This document shows positions 24,102 to 35,437 of a stretch of DNA of 64,000 nucleotides, piece after piece. The notes beneath the pieces were generated by a model. The model was not told the origin of the DNA. It did not search any database and saw nothing but the letters and a program-made list of their open reading frames with translations. The stretch comes from Polymyxa betae A26-41 (taxonomy: Eukaryota; Protista; Endomyxa: Phytomyxea), in the NCBI GenBank assembly GCA_003693705.1, contig RBZT01000667.1, positions 39,405-103,404 of the forward strand. The letters are read 5' to 3'. The position numbers were made by a program, and so were the translations under genes. The stretch's first letter is position 1; each line of letters opens with the position of its first letter.

Positions 24102-25505
24102 ATGCGCTTTCTCGATGATGAGGCCGATGAGGTTGAAGTCGATCGTGAGGCCGTGGAGGCTGGTGATGAGGGCGATTTGACTACGACGAAGGCGCGGTCA
24201 ATGGTGTTTACTTTCCATGTGAATCAAGAAATTTGGCTGGATGGTGTTAACATGGGCCCGGCTCCGGTTGATGGCGTTCCTGATCCGGAGGTTTTGCTGC
24301 GGTCGTTGCCGGCGAAGTATCTCGTGTGGGGCCGCGAGGTCGCCCCCGAGACCGGCGCTTTTCATCTCCAGGGTTATGTCCAATGGCGGAGCCCGATGTC
24401 GTTTAAGTCCGTACATAATAAGTTAAAGCCCTACAAGGTTTGGCTGAAAAGGGCTTACGGCAATGCCGCGGCGAACCGCGAGTATTGCACGAAGTCCGGC
24501 GATTTCGTGGAGGTGGGCAAGCGTCCTCCCGACGGGTCCGTCGAAGGCGGTACCCGTTGGGAGGAGGCGGTTGAGCTTGCCCGCTGCGGTCGAATCGACG
24601 AGGTCGATGCTCAAACGCTCGTTACGTGTGTTCGTTCGCTCGAGCGAATCGAGGAGCGACACATGTTTCTGTCGCGGAAGTTGTCGATTCTTGCTGAATC
24701 GCGTAACGTTTGGGTCGTCGGCCCGACTCGGTGCGGCAAGTCGTCGATTCTGACGCGTTTATTTCGGTACGTCATTGACTCTGCATTGATATGGAGTCCA
24801 CAATGATAAGGAGTCCACAGGACTGAGGATGTGTATCGTAAGATACACAATAAAAACTGGTGTAACTACCGCCAGCAGCCGGTGGTGTTGTTGGACGATA
24901 TTGACGCCCACGGCTTTGGCAAGTGGGGTTTACATCATCTTAAACACTGGACGGATTTTTATCCGTTTCCGGCCGAACGCAAGTTCGGGAATGTGTTTAT
25001 TCGCCCGCTGCACTTTATTATCACTTCGAATGTTTCTCCAAAAGATGTGTTCGAAGATGTTCCCGCGGATCATCTTGCTGCGGTGTTGGCCCGCTTTAAG
25101 ATCATCAATCTCTACGATTGTCCGGGCAATCCGGCGTTTTGCGGGTGTGCGGTTCACCACCGGAACCTGTACCCTAAAGCAAGCTTGCGGCGGTTTGTCC
25201 TGGAAACTGTGGATTGGTTTCGTTGGGACTCAACCGACAACACCGTCAACTGTGATTATGCGGATGATGATCCATTCTTCCGGCAACCAGAACCCGTCGA
25301 TCTAATGGAGTTGGTCGGCAGCAGTGCAGGCTTGCGGTTTGTCGACCGCCGGCCGCGTGTTGATCCTGCTGTTGTCCCGGGTGATCCAGTGGAGGCTCCT
25401 GTGGCGGATCCTGAGGCGGAGACTCAGGAGTCTATGGATCCTGCTGGTGAAGCGGTTGTGGCGCTGTCGCAGTTAGGGGTTGTTGTAGCAGTGGCCGGTC
25501 AATAA
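24102..25505 (+). CDS. rep: Rolling-circle replication initiator Rep (HUH endonuclease + SF3 helicase); join(24102..24766,24821..25505), 449 aa
   Basis: Motif I VFTF, motif II FHLQGY (after GREVAPETG), motif III NREYCTK, Walker A GPTRCGKS, Walker B VLLDDI, B' ERKFG, motif C IITSN, Arg finger AVLARF. A 54-nt GT-AG intron removes TGA-TAA. Confidence 0.92.
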
Positions 25506-25615
25506 TACACGGTGCATCATCGGGTCGTTTTCCCGCGCCTTAAGCTGCAGTGTGTTAGCGTTTCATGTGCAGTTGCAGTGTAGTTCGCGGGTCGTACCGA
25601 TCGGATAACTCCTCC

Positions 25616-25722
25616 ACTGGATACCAAGTTTAAGGTTAGTTGATCTCCACTGGAGCTTTTTTAATAACACCTTTACTGGATACCAAGTTTAAGGTTAGTT
25701 GATCTCCACTGGAGCTTTTTTA
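25616..25722. repeat. 48-bp exact direct duplication of host sequence at the right junction of the Rep element
   Basis: actggataccaagtttaaggttagttgatctccactggagctttttta at 25616-25663 and 25675-25722, 11-bp spacer; includes the stop codon of the neighbouring Myb gene. Confidence 0.92.
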
Positions 25723-26549
25723 TACTTTTTACGGGCATTTAACTGGGGACAGCTCGATCCTTCTTTCTGGAAGAGGACTTTCATTTGATTCAAAGCCATC
25801 ATAACCATATCATTCGTGACAGCTGCTCTATGTATAGGTCCTTGGTTCAAAATCAAAGGATTTGCAGAACTGATTGATGAGACAAGTCTGATAAGTTCCC
25901 GAATGTAATTGAGCAGATAATGAAGGACTTGAACTGAGACGATCTCCAAGCTTTCATCATCAGGTAAATTGAATCGCTTCTGAGCGTTGGTCCAGTTAAT
26001 GATAGAATTGAGACTTCTGTCATACTCTAATCGTTCCTGTGGTACATCGAATGCCGTATCGGAAGAATTGCATTCTGAAATTGTCTCAGACGATTGAGTG
26101 GATGACGTTAAGCAATCGTCTTCATTGCTAGGATAACCAAACCTTAGAGGTTCTTTCTTGGGCTTAGCAGATTGGCAGTGAAGTGTCGAGATGTAATTCA
26201 TTATTTGAAGTACATTACGCTCTGGAAGAAGTTGACAGATTTTATCAGTATTGCCGGGACCAAATCGTTTGATGCCAAAAATGAGTCGGTTCTTCTCCTC
26301 AGCCGTCAGCTGTGGAATCCTAAAGCAGGATATGGGATTCTCGTCATTATCCAGGTCATCCGATAGATAATCGCAAGGCTCCAGAGCGAAACTGTCGCCG
26401 CTGGTTGACAGATCCGAAGCGAACCCTTCATCAGATTCTTGATCCCGACTAGAATCTGAGCATGGTGGCCGCCTTCGAGGTATGGCTTGCAGAGGCTCTT
26501 GCAAAGAAAGCCTCTTATCCAAGTTCGATGATCGCGACGAAGTTGCCAT
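25695..26549 (-). CDS. Myb/SANT-domain protein
   Basis: LTAEEKNRLIFGIKRFGPGNTDKICQLLPERNVLQIMNY fits a SANT/Myb repeat; single ORF. Confidence 0.7.
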   Translation of the reverse strand: MATSSRSSNLDKRLSLQEPLQAIPRRRPPCSDSSRDQESDEGFASDLSTSGDSFALEPCDYLSDDLDNDENPISCFRIPQLTAEEKNRLIFGIKRFGPGNTDKICQLLPERNVLQIMNYISTLHCQSAKPKKEPLRFGYPSNEDDCLTSSTQSSETISECNSSDTAFDVPQERLEYDRSLNSIINWTNAQKRFNLPDDESLEIVSVQVLHYLLNYIRELIRLVSSISSANPLILNQGPIHRAAVTNDMVMMALNQMKVLFQKEGSSCPQLNARKKYKKAPVEIN

Positions 26550-26744
26550 TTGCAGAGACAAAAAGGCACATCAAGAACCAATTGGTCGCGCAGTATGGCC
26601 TGCAGTAGGTGTGACTTGGATGACCTTCGTTACCAGAAAGTGTCCAATGACGCGTTGGGAAAACACGATGATTAACGTTTCAATTTTCAACAGGTGACAT
26701 GGCCAGAGGTGAACCTCCTTTGATGTGGAGACATTCCAGTTTGA

Positions 26745-29700
26745 ATGTCGTCTCAAGATTACATTATAAACGACTTCCTCACTGGTGATGGCGCTCCCAG
26801 CTATCCACCCTCCTACCAACGTCAAGACGCGGGTAGGACGTCAAATCGTCTCATCAAGCAGATAAAAGATTTAGCTCCAGACCATCAAAGCTTGTATAGC
26901 AGCTACAATCATTTCAATGAAATGCAGAGTGCAGTATTCGATTCCGTGTATTTGTCTGATGAAAGCCTAGTTGTTGGTGCACCAACAGCTTCGGGAAAAA
27001 CCACACTTTTGGAACTTGCAATGTTAAGATTATTCTCCAGATACCGGCAAGACAAAGCCAACATTAAAGCTGTATATATAGCACCGTTAAAGGCTTTGTG
27101 CACCGAAAAATTTTTAGACTGGCAACAGAGGTTTCACAGCCTGGGATTGAGATGCTGCCAATTCACTGGAGATTCGGATACTGACATATATCGTATCGCT
27201 ACGTATAATATTATGTAAGAGATACACTCACATTTGTTTCCAATTCAACATAGCTTTCTAGATTAACGACCCCTGAAAAACTGGACGCATCATCGAGGCG
27301 CTGGGCTCAGAACAAGTTCTTCTTCGATCAAATCGGGCTCATCATGATAGACGAAATCCATACTGTTGGCGAAACTCGCGGTCGAGGAGGATGCTTGGAA
27401 GCTTTGCTAACTAGGTGTGAAGATGTCTCCATCAGAATACTGCCCTTAAACTAATTTTTTTGAAGATGCCTCACAATGTCTTGTCGAAAGCAAGCCAACA
27501 GAGAGAATTGTCCTGCGTCATCTATGAGATTCGTGGCATTATCTGCAACAGCTCCGAATGTTGAAGAAATTGGGAAATGGCTACATGCAAAGACGTTCAT
27601 ATTTGGAGATGAATATCGTCCTGTACCATTACAGTGCCACGTAATAGGATATCCAATGCCTCCGAAGGCGTCGTATTTCAAATTTGAAGGCAGTCTCAAC
27701 TTTAAAGTAGGCTGATCTTTATTCTGACAACTGACTTCCTCATGACATTTGCAGGTTTTAGACATTATTCAACAATATGCCTCTGGGAAATCTGCTTTGG
27801 TTTTCTGTTCCAGCAGAAGTGGGTGCTACAATTGTGCCAAAACTATTATCTCCTCTGCAAGGCAATTTGGCATTACCTTTGTTAACAATCATGAGCAGGA
27901 GCAGGCGCTGTATGGCCTGTCTTGCCAGCTTAAAGGTAAGGGCTATCTTTTTCCGGCATTTGTTTTCGGTAAAGTTATTTGTCCAGATTCCTCGATCAAA
28001 GAGATCATTTGCAATGGGATAGGAATTCATAATGCTACTTTGTCATCAGAAGACCGAACCCTGATCCAAGAGCATTTTCTGAAGGGAAACATCCACGTTT
28101 TGTGTGCTACCACAACTCTAGCCCAGGGAGTCAATGTAAGAATTTTGCCAGGCATGGGCATTTGCATAATGGGTTTCAGCTTCCAGCTCACCTGGTTATC
28201 ATCAAAGGAACTCAGGTGTACAACAAGGGAAATGGAAATGCAGAACATCCTACCGCGACAATCTTACAAATGTAACGTCTCGACTCAGTTACAAATTTGG
28301 ATTTTAAGCGTTCGTAGGATTGGCCGGGCTGGCCGCCCACAGTTTGACGACTTTGGTGTCGCGGTTATACTAACAACCAAGAATATGGTTGCACATTATA
28401 AGAACCTGTCTGGCAGACAAAAAGCAGTAGAGTCGCATCTACCTGAAAACGCTATCGAGCATGTCAATGCTGAGATTTCCTTACGTTTGTAGATGTCAAT
28501 CGTTCGTTTAATTGCTAATTGTACCTTAACAGAGACGATAACGTCCATGAATGAAGCAATCAACTGGATGAACAACACGTTTGCATCTATAAGAATGGCC
28601 ACCTGCCCTGCCCAATTTGGAATCTCCGCCTACGAGGCTTCGAATCCCGAATCTTTCCTAAAGGTGTTTTAGACTTTTGATCTGTAGTTGACATATAAGT
28701 ATTGGAAAGGTTTTGGCCAGGAGAATGCGTCATTCTATTGATTCCTTAGCTGAGGCTGGGATGGTTGTAATGAAGCAAAACGGCCGAATTATCGAATCAA
28801 CGAAGTTGGGAAGTGTGATGGTAGGTTTAAGGTTGCTTATATTCATCAAGATTATAAAGACAGGTTTATAGGCCAGTTATTATTTAAAATTAACGACTGC
28901 ACGAAGCATCTCAGAATTACAGCCTAACGCATCAATGGAAGATATTCTATTTATGCTGTGCTCTTCGTCAGAATTTCTAGACTTGCCTATCCGCCAAGGA
29001 GAGAAGAAACGTATGGCGACTTTAGTTGTGAATGGCTGTCTTTATAATATTGAATAAGAACTGAATGCTGCCAATAAAGCAGGAATTCGGTATCAAGTTA
29101 AGGGAAAGGTGAAAGAACTCGTAAGGCTCGTGACTCTGATTTCTGCTATCTATAAGTTATTGCAGGCCGATAAAATTTCAATCCTGCTGCAAACGGCGCT
29201 GGAATCAAGCACCATGAATCCATTCCAAACCGTTCTTCTAAACCAGGACATGAGAAGTTCATTGGATATTAGTCAGCGTGTCTTGGTAAACAATAGATTT
29301 GATTCGATTTCATCTTTAAGCTGAGGGCTCAAAGCAAGGAGCAATCTCCTATCTTGGCGAGTCCAAATGTCATTTCTCGGCGTATCTCAATTGCTTTATT
29401 TTGTAATCTCATATAGTATAATTTGATTGGACGATTGAGTCGTAGATGTTAGGCAAAAAGCATTACATATGCGAATGTGGTCAGATAGCCCACAAATCAT
29501 TCGTCAGATAGAAGGCATTGGACCAAAGAAGGTTGTACAATTGATCAGTTCGGGGATTACTACTATTGAAAAACTTCGAAATATATCGACAGCAAAAATA
29601 GAAGCGGTACTAATTTGCTCTGGTGAATTTATTTCTGTCATTTCCTGAAGCTTCTGTTGGCAGCTTTGCGAAAGAAATCCTCCTTTCGGTCTCCAGGTTA

Positions 29701-31076
29701 AGCAGAAACTTCGACAGTTCCCTGTTCTTAGTATACAAATCCATGTAATATAGCATCGTCAAAAAGCAAGTTGCTAACCAAACCTAGTTATATGACGATT
29801 CGTTGCGCATTGAGATCCAGCAAACGCTCCCAGATTTTGAATCCCGCCGCTCAACTTCAGTTAACGTTCTGGCCGGGCTATCCAACGAACGGTTTCTTCT
29901 TTGCCGAAAATTCCAGTGAAACAATTCCGGTTCTGAAATCTATTTATTGAATAGCTACAGGTTTGAAAATGGGGTGTCAACGCATAACATAGAATTGAAA
30001 GGTAAACATCCTTTTCTATTTGTGCTTGTCTTAAAGAAAGACAGACTTTTTGAAGCTGCAGGCGTCTGAAGTAACCGTGTTTGCAATCTTCGATTCCATA
30101 TCCGGATGTGACACATCCATAAGACATTATCTAGATGGGCATCTGAGAAAGCTAGAGATAGATAGTTGTACTAAGCCGAATGATGAGATATGCAATCGTA
30201 CATAAAACACTGACCAGGTAAACCTCAGCTAAAATATGTTTCTCAGGAAAAGAACGCTTATCTAAACATCATCGTTCGCTTGAAGAACAGAGCCAGGTAC
30301 TACAGAGTTGACCATTCTGAGATGTAAATGCATCCATTTAGATAATGCGACAAAATTTAACCTCATGTTCAAAAAAGAAAATGAGAATAACGACAACAGC
30401 CACGCAAGGATTGCCATCTAAAAATCACATTATTCAGAAGTGTGCCAAATCTATAGGAGATGTAAACGTTTCTTTGAGAAGCCACTCCACGCCGCTCAAA
30501 TCTAATGTCGGATATAATCGAGCCGTTCTGGGCATCCATTCAGTATGCGTTGAAAACAAGTCAATCAACCAAGCCGAAATACCATATTCTAGAGGCAATC
30601 ACAACGAATCATTTCGTTCACGAATTGAAGAAGATATGAAGGATATCGATGACGCAATTGGAACGTTCTCTCCATTATTCATACAGCAACCTGCCATATC
30701 AATTGTAGATAGAACAGCGACTTTCAACAATGAGTTGGATCTAGATGACTATCGGCAAACCAAACAAGACGTGGCCGGGACACCTCCTAAGCCACCAGCG
30801 GTTTCAAAGAAACCGTTAGCTTTCAGTCAGACAGCATCAGGTCAATTAGCAGTTGAGAAAACCGGCGGAGCAAGACTATCGCAAGCGGTCTCATTGGGAA
30901 CAGATCTGGGTCGTTTCTCAGATTTCATGATGCCTAAAGTTTGCCAGATCATCCCGAGTAATACCGATACGAGCTCGCTATGCAAGAACGCGATTTCAGG
31001 ACAAACTGAGATAACGACACAAGTTAATAATTTTTGCGACGAGCGACTGGTGTTTTCGAGTTTATTCGACGACTAA
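26745..31076 (+). CDS. MER3: Meiotic DExH-box helicase MER3/HFM1, multi-exon
   Basis: FNEMQS, APTASGKT, VYIAPLKALC, DEIH, RFVALSATAPN, FGDEYRPVPL, ATTTLAQGVNLPAH, GRAGRPQFD; Sec63 region; late Cys/His cluster (CNHGCKD..CGHLCC). Confidence 0.85.
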
Positions 31077-31155
31077 ACTTGATCGCAATTACCGTCACGA
31101 TAAAAACAATGACTGGACACGATTAGCGCATCGCTACCAAGTCGTCGTTTTAGTC

Positions 31156-31761
31156 ATGACAATCATGTCCAAATTAGAGTTGCAAAGAGGGTTCGTTCCT
31201 GTCGCAAACGCGTCCATCTGCCCACATCCGCTGCTCTTGATTCTGGGTTCAGCCCCCGGTCCTCTCTGTAACACGTGTATTCATCGCAAATTCTACGTCA
31301 TTCTCATCATTTAGTTTGCAGCTATTGCTCGCCAACAGTATTACGGCAATCCATCGAATCATTTTTGGAAGATCTTGGCAAATTTGTTCGGCGTTTCCGA
31401 TCAGCTACCATATAAAGAGCGATGCGAGCGCTTAATAGAAAAGCGAATCGTACTTTGGGATATGTGTAAGCAATTTGTACGAAAAGGTAGCAGTGATAAT
31501 GCCATCAAGCACATTGAAATCAACAGGGTTGACGAACTTCTTCGACAATTCCCGTCAATTCAAGTCGTAGCTTGCAATGGTCGAACTTCGGCGAGTCTGC
31601 TAAAAAGGCACGTTTCTCTACCCAAAGATGTTCGTGTTATTACACTGCCTTCGTCCAGCCCAGCTCATGCCATGAAAAATGCAGTCGCTGCCAAGAGTCA
31701 GCTTTGGAGGAAACTATTCGAAATCGAGCTGCTTGACCAACTGGAAATGAATCCCGAATAG
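31156..31761 (+). CDS. Uracil-DNA glycosylase superfamily, family 6 (hypoxanthine-DNA glycosylase-like), 2 exons
   Basis: LLILGSAPG / ..QQYYGNPSNHFWKIL, IVLWD, RKGSSDNAI, ACNG, LPSSSPAHA. Confidence 0.8.
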
Positions 31762-31768
31762 GCCGGTT

Positions 31769-32391
31769 TTATATCAATCGGCCTGATTTCTGGGCCTGTT
31801 CGATCTCACTCATTGCTCTCCATTTCGCTAGTTCATTTTCAATATCAATAGCGTTAATATGTTCCTAATAAATCAAATTAGTCATACAAAAAATCTTGTT
31901 TCTGTGGCCAAAGACCTGAACGGACGCCTCTATTTTTGAATATCTCTCCAGCTGGGCCGCCAATAGTTTCAGCTTTTCGCTGAGGAAATCCAACGCTTCT
32001 GAAGAGGTCAATGGGGCGTGAAACCCGAACCCAATATCCAAACAGATTTTACTTAAATCTGGCCTATCGTTGTATCAGTAATAATCACAACCAGGATGGA
32101 ATATTACTGACATAAACGCCTTCACAAAAAACTGTGACCCCAAATCAATCATTGTGTCTAATTCAGTCAATTGACGCTCTTCAACCAGAGCTAAGAAGCT
32201 TTGAGCCTGCAAACTGCCAGGCCTGATTAATCAGCAAGGAATGGATAGCAAGGATCTCACTATTGGTCGACTCTGTGCTGGACTAAAGATCGATTCTTTC
32301 TGGCCTGCAATAATTGAGGACGTAGCTTAGATTCGAGAAATCGGTGAATGGTCTCAATCGTTTGCTGATCGGACCCAGAAGACGCCATCAT
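31769..32391 (-). CDS. UXT: Prefoldin alpha-like subunit UXT, multi-exon
   Basis: IHRFLESKLRPQLLQAR, LDTMIDLGSQFFVKA, PDLSKICLDIGFGFHAPLTSSEALDFL; last exon ends GRLI-TAA at 31769. Confidence 0.78.
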
Positions 32392-32858
32392 AGTCTATCG
32401 GCGATTGTAAAGAGTCGGATTTCTCGCAAAACATCTGTTGATTAAATCGTTAGACAGATCTTTGTACCTATGCATTGATACGGATCGTTATCGGCTCACT
32501 TATACAGCTTATTCCTATTGAAACAAGTTGGTTACTTGTAAGATATAATTGTATAAGTAGCCTGTAAGAACTGAGATCTTATCAAAATCTGGCGTCAGAT
32601 ACTGGATTCTTGCGGAAAACAATTGATTTGGTGAGCTTCAACGAACTTGCAATAAACGCCAAATTGGTACGGTTTCCACTATTGCAAGAACGAAAGCAAC
32701 TTTCCGAATAACCAGGCCGGATGATCCAGAGAGACAAGTCCAGTAAAGATCCCAACGAATCTCAGTAGAATTTTGTGAAAAGATTGCACTGGAGTTTATT
32801 CCGCAACAGAAGATGTGTAACGTAATAGCGATGAGAGGCTACGTCATGACTCGCCATT

Positions 32859-33897
32859 ATGGAAGCTCTCATATCACAACCGCATCTGGCCATTCTGTCT
32901 CGAGCCCTACAATGTCTTTGTCGAGTCGCCTCATCAGTCGTCGTTGAGCTGTCCTCTGCTGGCGCTGTCCATTGGCGCGCTCTGAACGACACACAGACAA
33001 CATTCGCTTTGTTGAGACTGTGCTCGACGTTCTTCCAGGCGCCGGTCGTTTCTGCCAGACCTTCTCGCTGCCGCCTGCTAAGCCGAAATCTCATCTGGTC
33101 GCTGCGACCTCGTTTGACGGCATCCAAAGCCAATGTTAAGATTGAGCTCGACGTCGATGCGCTTGTTTTTGAACTGAAGGAAGAGAACGGCTTAGGCCAG
33201 CGGATTCAAATTTGCAGCGAAGATATCCAGGGCAGTATATATTCACATAGCTGTGACAAGAGCTCAGCATCCAGCTGCGTTGTTCTCAATAGTAAATGGT
33301 TCCAGAAACAGCTGGACGCATTCCATCCGTTACTGAAAGAAATTATCATGCAAGCGCTGCCAGACTACATGGTTCTGCGATCATTCACAGACCAGGAAAA
33401 CGCGGACGATGAGATTTCCACTCTGGACACAGAAATTCGTCTTCGTGCTGATGATTTCGAAGCGTATAACATCGCTGAAACTGCCAGCAGCTCTATAACG
33501 TTCGCATTGAAAGATCTCAAAGTAATGTTGCGATTTTGTGAGGTAACAATTTTTTGCATAAATCACGACTATGAAATCAAATTGAAAACGGTTTTAGATG
33601 GCGGAAACCAATCTGCATCTGTTCTTTTCTGGCGCTGGCCGACCTTTGATCATGAGCTCATCGGATGTCAACGATCTCTGCAATCCTTGGACATTAAATA
33701 TTGTTGTCGCCACGTTCTCTGCTGATGATGAAAGTGTCGGTACCAGGGAGGAAAGCCGTGACGCGTTGAATTCCCAAATATCAAACGCCAGATCAAATTC
33801 AACGTCAAATCGTTCGCTTGTTGCTCCGGAGCAATCTGAACAAGACAATATTTCCTCTGATTCTCATTCTCCGAAAAGGCGACGTCACAGCAGCTGA
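32859..33897 (+). CDS. RAD9: Checkpoint clamp subunit RAD9 (9-1-1 complex), 2 exons
   Basis: LSRALQCLCRV, RALNDTQTTFA..FF, TEIRL..DDFEAY, ITFALKDLKVMLRFCE, LFFSGAGRPLI; disordered tail. Confidence 0.85.
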
Positions 33898-33992
33898 TCT
33901 CAATATATATTGGACCTTCAATGACAAAAATTGTTGAAGCTTCACTCGTCGTTTATTCGCACAGTAGATAAACGAAGTGTAGAATGCCTGGC

Positions 33993-35342
33993 CTATGTGA
34001 TGTTATAGATAGTGGCTGCTGATTCTCTAGCCAGCTGAATCAATGCAGCATCAGCTAAAACAAGGGCTGTCATAGCTTCTACTATAGGGATTGCTCTAGG
34101 TACAATGCAGGGATCATGTCGTCCAGCTGCTTGAAGAACAACCTTCTCGCCATTCCAGGTGCTGGTCTCTTGCGCCTTTCCAATTGTAGCGGCAGGTTTA
34201 AATGCCACCCGGAATGTGATAATGTCCCTGTTGCTGATGCCACCCAGAACACCACCGCTTCTGTTCGTCGCCGTCCTCAACGCATTGTTCTCATCAACAA
34301 CAAAGGCATCGTTATGTTGGGAGCCTCGCTGCTTAGCCCCAGTGAATCCCGATCCGATTTCGAATCCCTAAACCATGTAAAAAAGGTGGAAATAATACAG
34401 GATTCCCCACACTTTAGTGGCTGGAATTGATAGCATGGCTTGAGCAAGCTTGGCTTCCTGACACAAATAAGTACTGAAACAACAGCTTCTAACAACATAT
34501 ATTACGAGGCGGTCAAATACAGGTTCACCCCATCCAACTGGAACGTTCTCGACCGTGCAGGTTACAACGCCTCCAACAGAATCTTGCTCAGCTGACACCT
34601 CTTCGATCAATCGGACCATTTCGTTGGCAATTTCCAAATCTGGGCATCGGACGAGAGTCGAATCGACTTGGCTTCGAGTCCACAGCACGGATCGACGCTT
34701 AAACGATTTTTAGAATGATGTTTAAACCGGATTGATGGTGAACCATTTACGTCCTCGGGCATTGAAATTTCTCCAACAGAAGATACGAAAGCAACAATGT
34801 TTACACCAAATCGTTCCTTTAACCATTTTTCCTAAGATCTATCAGCCTTCCCATATAGTATACAGAATCGCTTTACGAACGGCGATAGCTCCAGCAGCGA
34901 CTCGACCAATAGTCTCTCTTGCACTAGAACGACCACCACCGCTGCTTGCACGAACGCCATACTTATTCTATTTACAATTGAACTGTCGTTCTTTGAGGTT
35001 GTTGCTTGTTACCTGATAAGTGAAATCAGCATGCGAAGGTCGGGGGATATCTTTCATGGCTGAATAATCACCCGGTCGATGATCCAAATTACGAACCATC
35101 AAAGCGATAGGTGTGCCAAGCGTGACACCATTTTCCACGCCTGATATTATTGAGACCTGATCAGGTTCATCTCTTGATGTAGTCAGATGCGACTGCCCAG
35201 GGCGGCGACGTCGAAGTTGGGTTTGAATATCGTCTGGCGTCAGATGCATACGAGGCGGGACACCATCGATGACACATCCCACTCCAGGACAATGGCTTTC
35301 ACCGAATGTCGAGACACGCCAGGCATGACCAAATGTGCTCAT
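33993..35342 (-). CDS. aroC: Chorismate synthase, multi-exon
   Basis: [81 protein letters not shown]. Confidence 0.96.
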
Positions 35343-35437
35343 TGACTCGGGATGTCGCACATTCGTAGTACCATCGTATTCGTTGAACCTAAACCCTACA
35401 AATCCTTTTCCCTAAAACAACAACGATAGAATCTTCA

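Larger units (their letters stand above)
23945..25615 (+). mobile_element. Endogenous CRESS-DNA-virus-like (Rep-only) element
   Basis: Abrupt GC-rich island between two host genes; carries a Rep gene, an upstream hairpin and a duplication at the right junction. Boundaries estimated from composition. Confidence 0.85.

Noticed and set aside
24198-25305. Overlapping alternative-frame and antisense ORFs within Rep as capsid or C4-like genes
   Set aside because: Short (61-158 aa), no capsid features, and expected as shadow ORFs in GC-rich coding DNA.
25616-25722. CRISPR-like repeat-spacer-repeat
   Set aside because: Eukaryotic context, only two units, 11-bp spacer, repeat overlaps a host CDS, no cas genes.
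31336-31344. CAGTATTAC, a perfect CRESS nonanucleotide
   Set aside because: It is 5.8 kb from Rep, has no flanking stem, and encodes the conserved QYY of the glycosylase.
26745-33897. Functional DNA-repair cluster (MER3, glycosylase, RAD9) beside the Rep insertion
   Set aside because: Interspersed with unrelated genes; no evidence of co-regulation or of a link to Rep beyond proximity.
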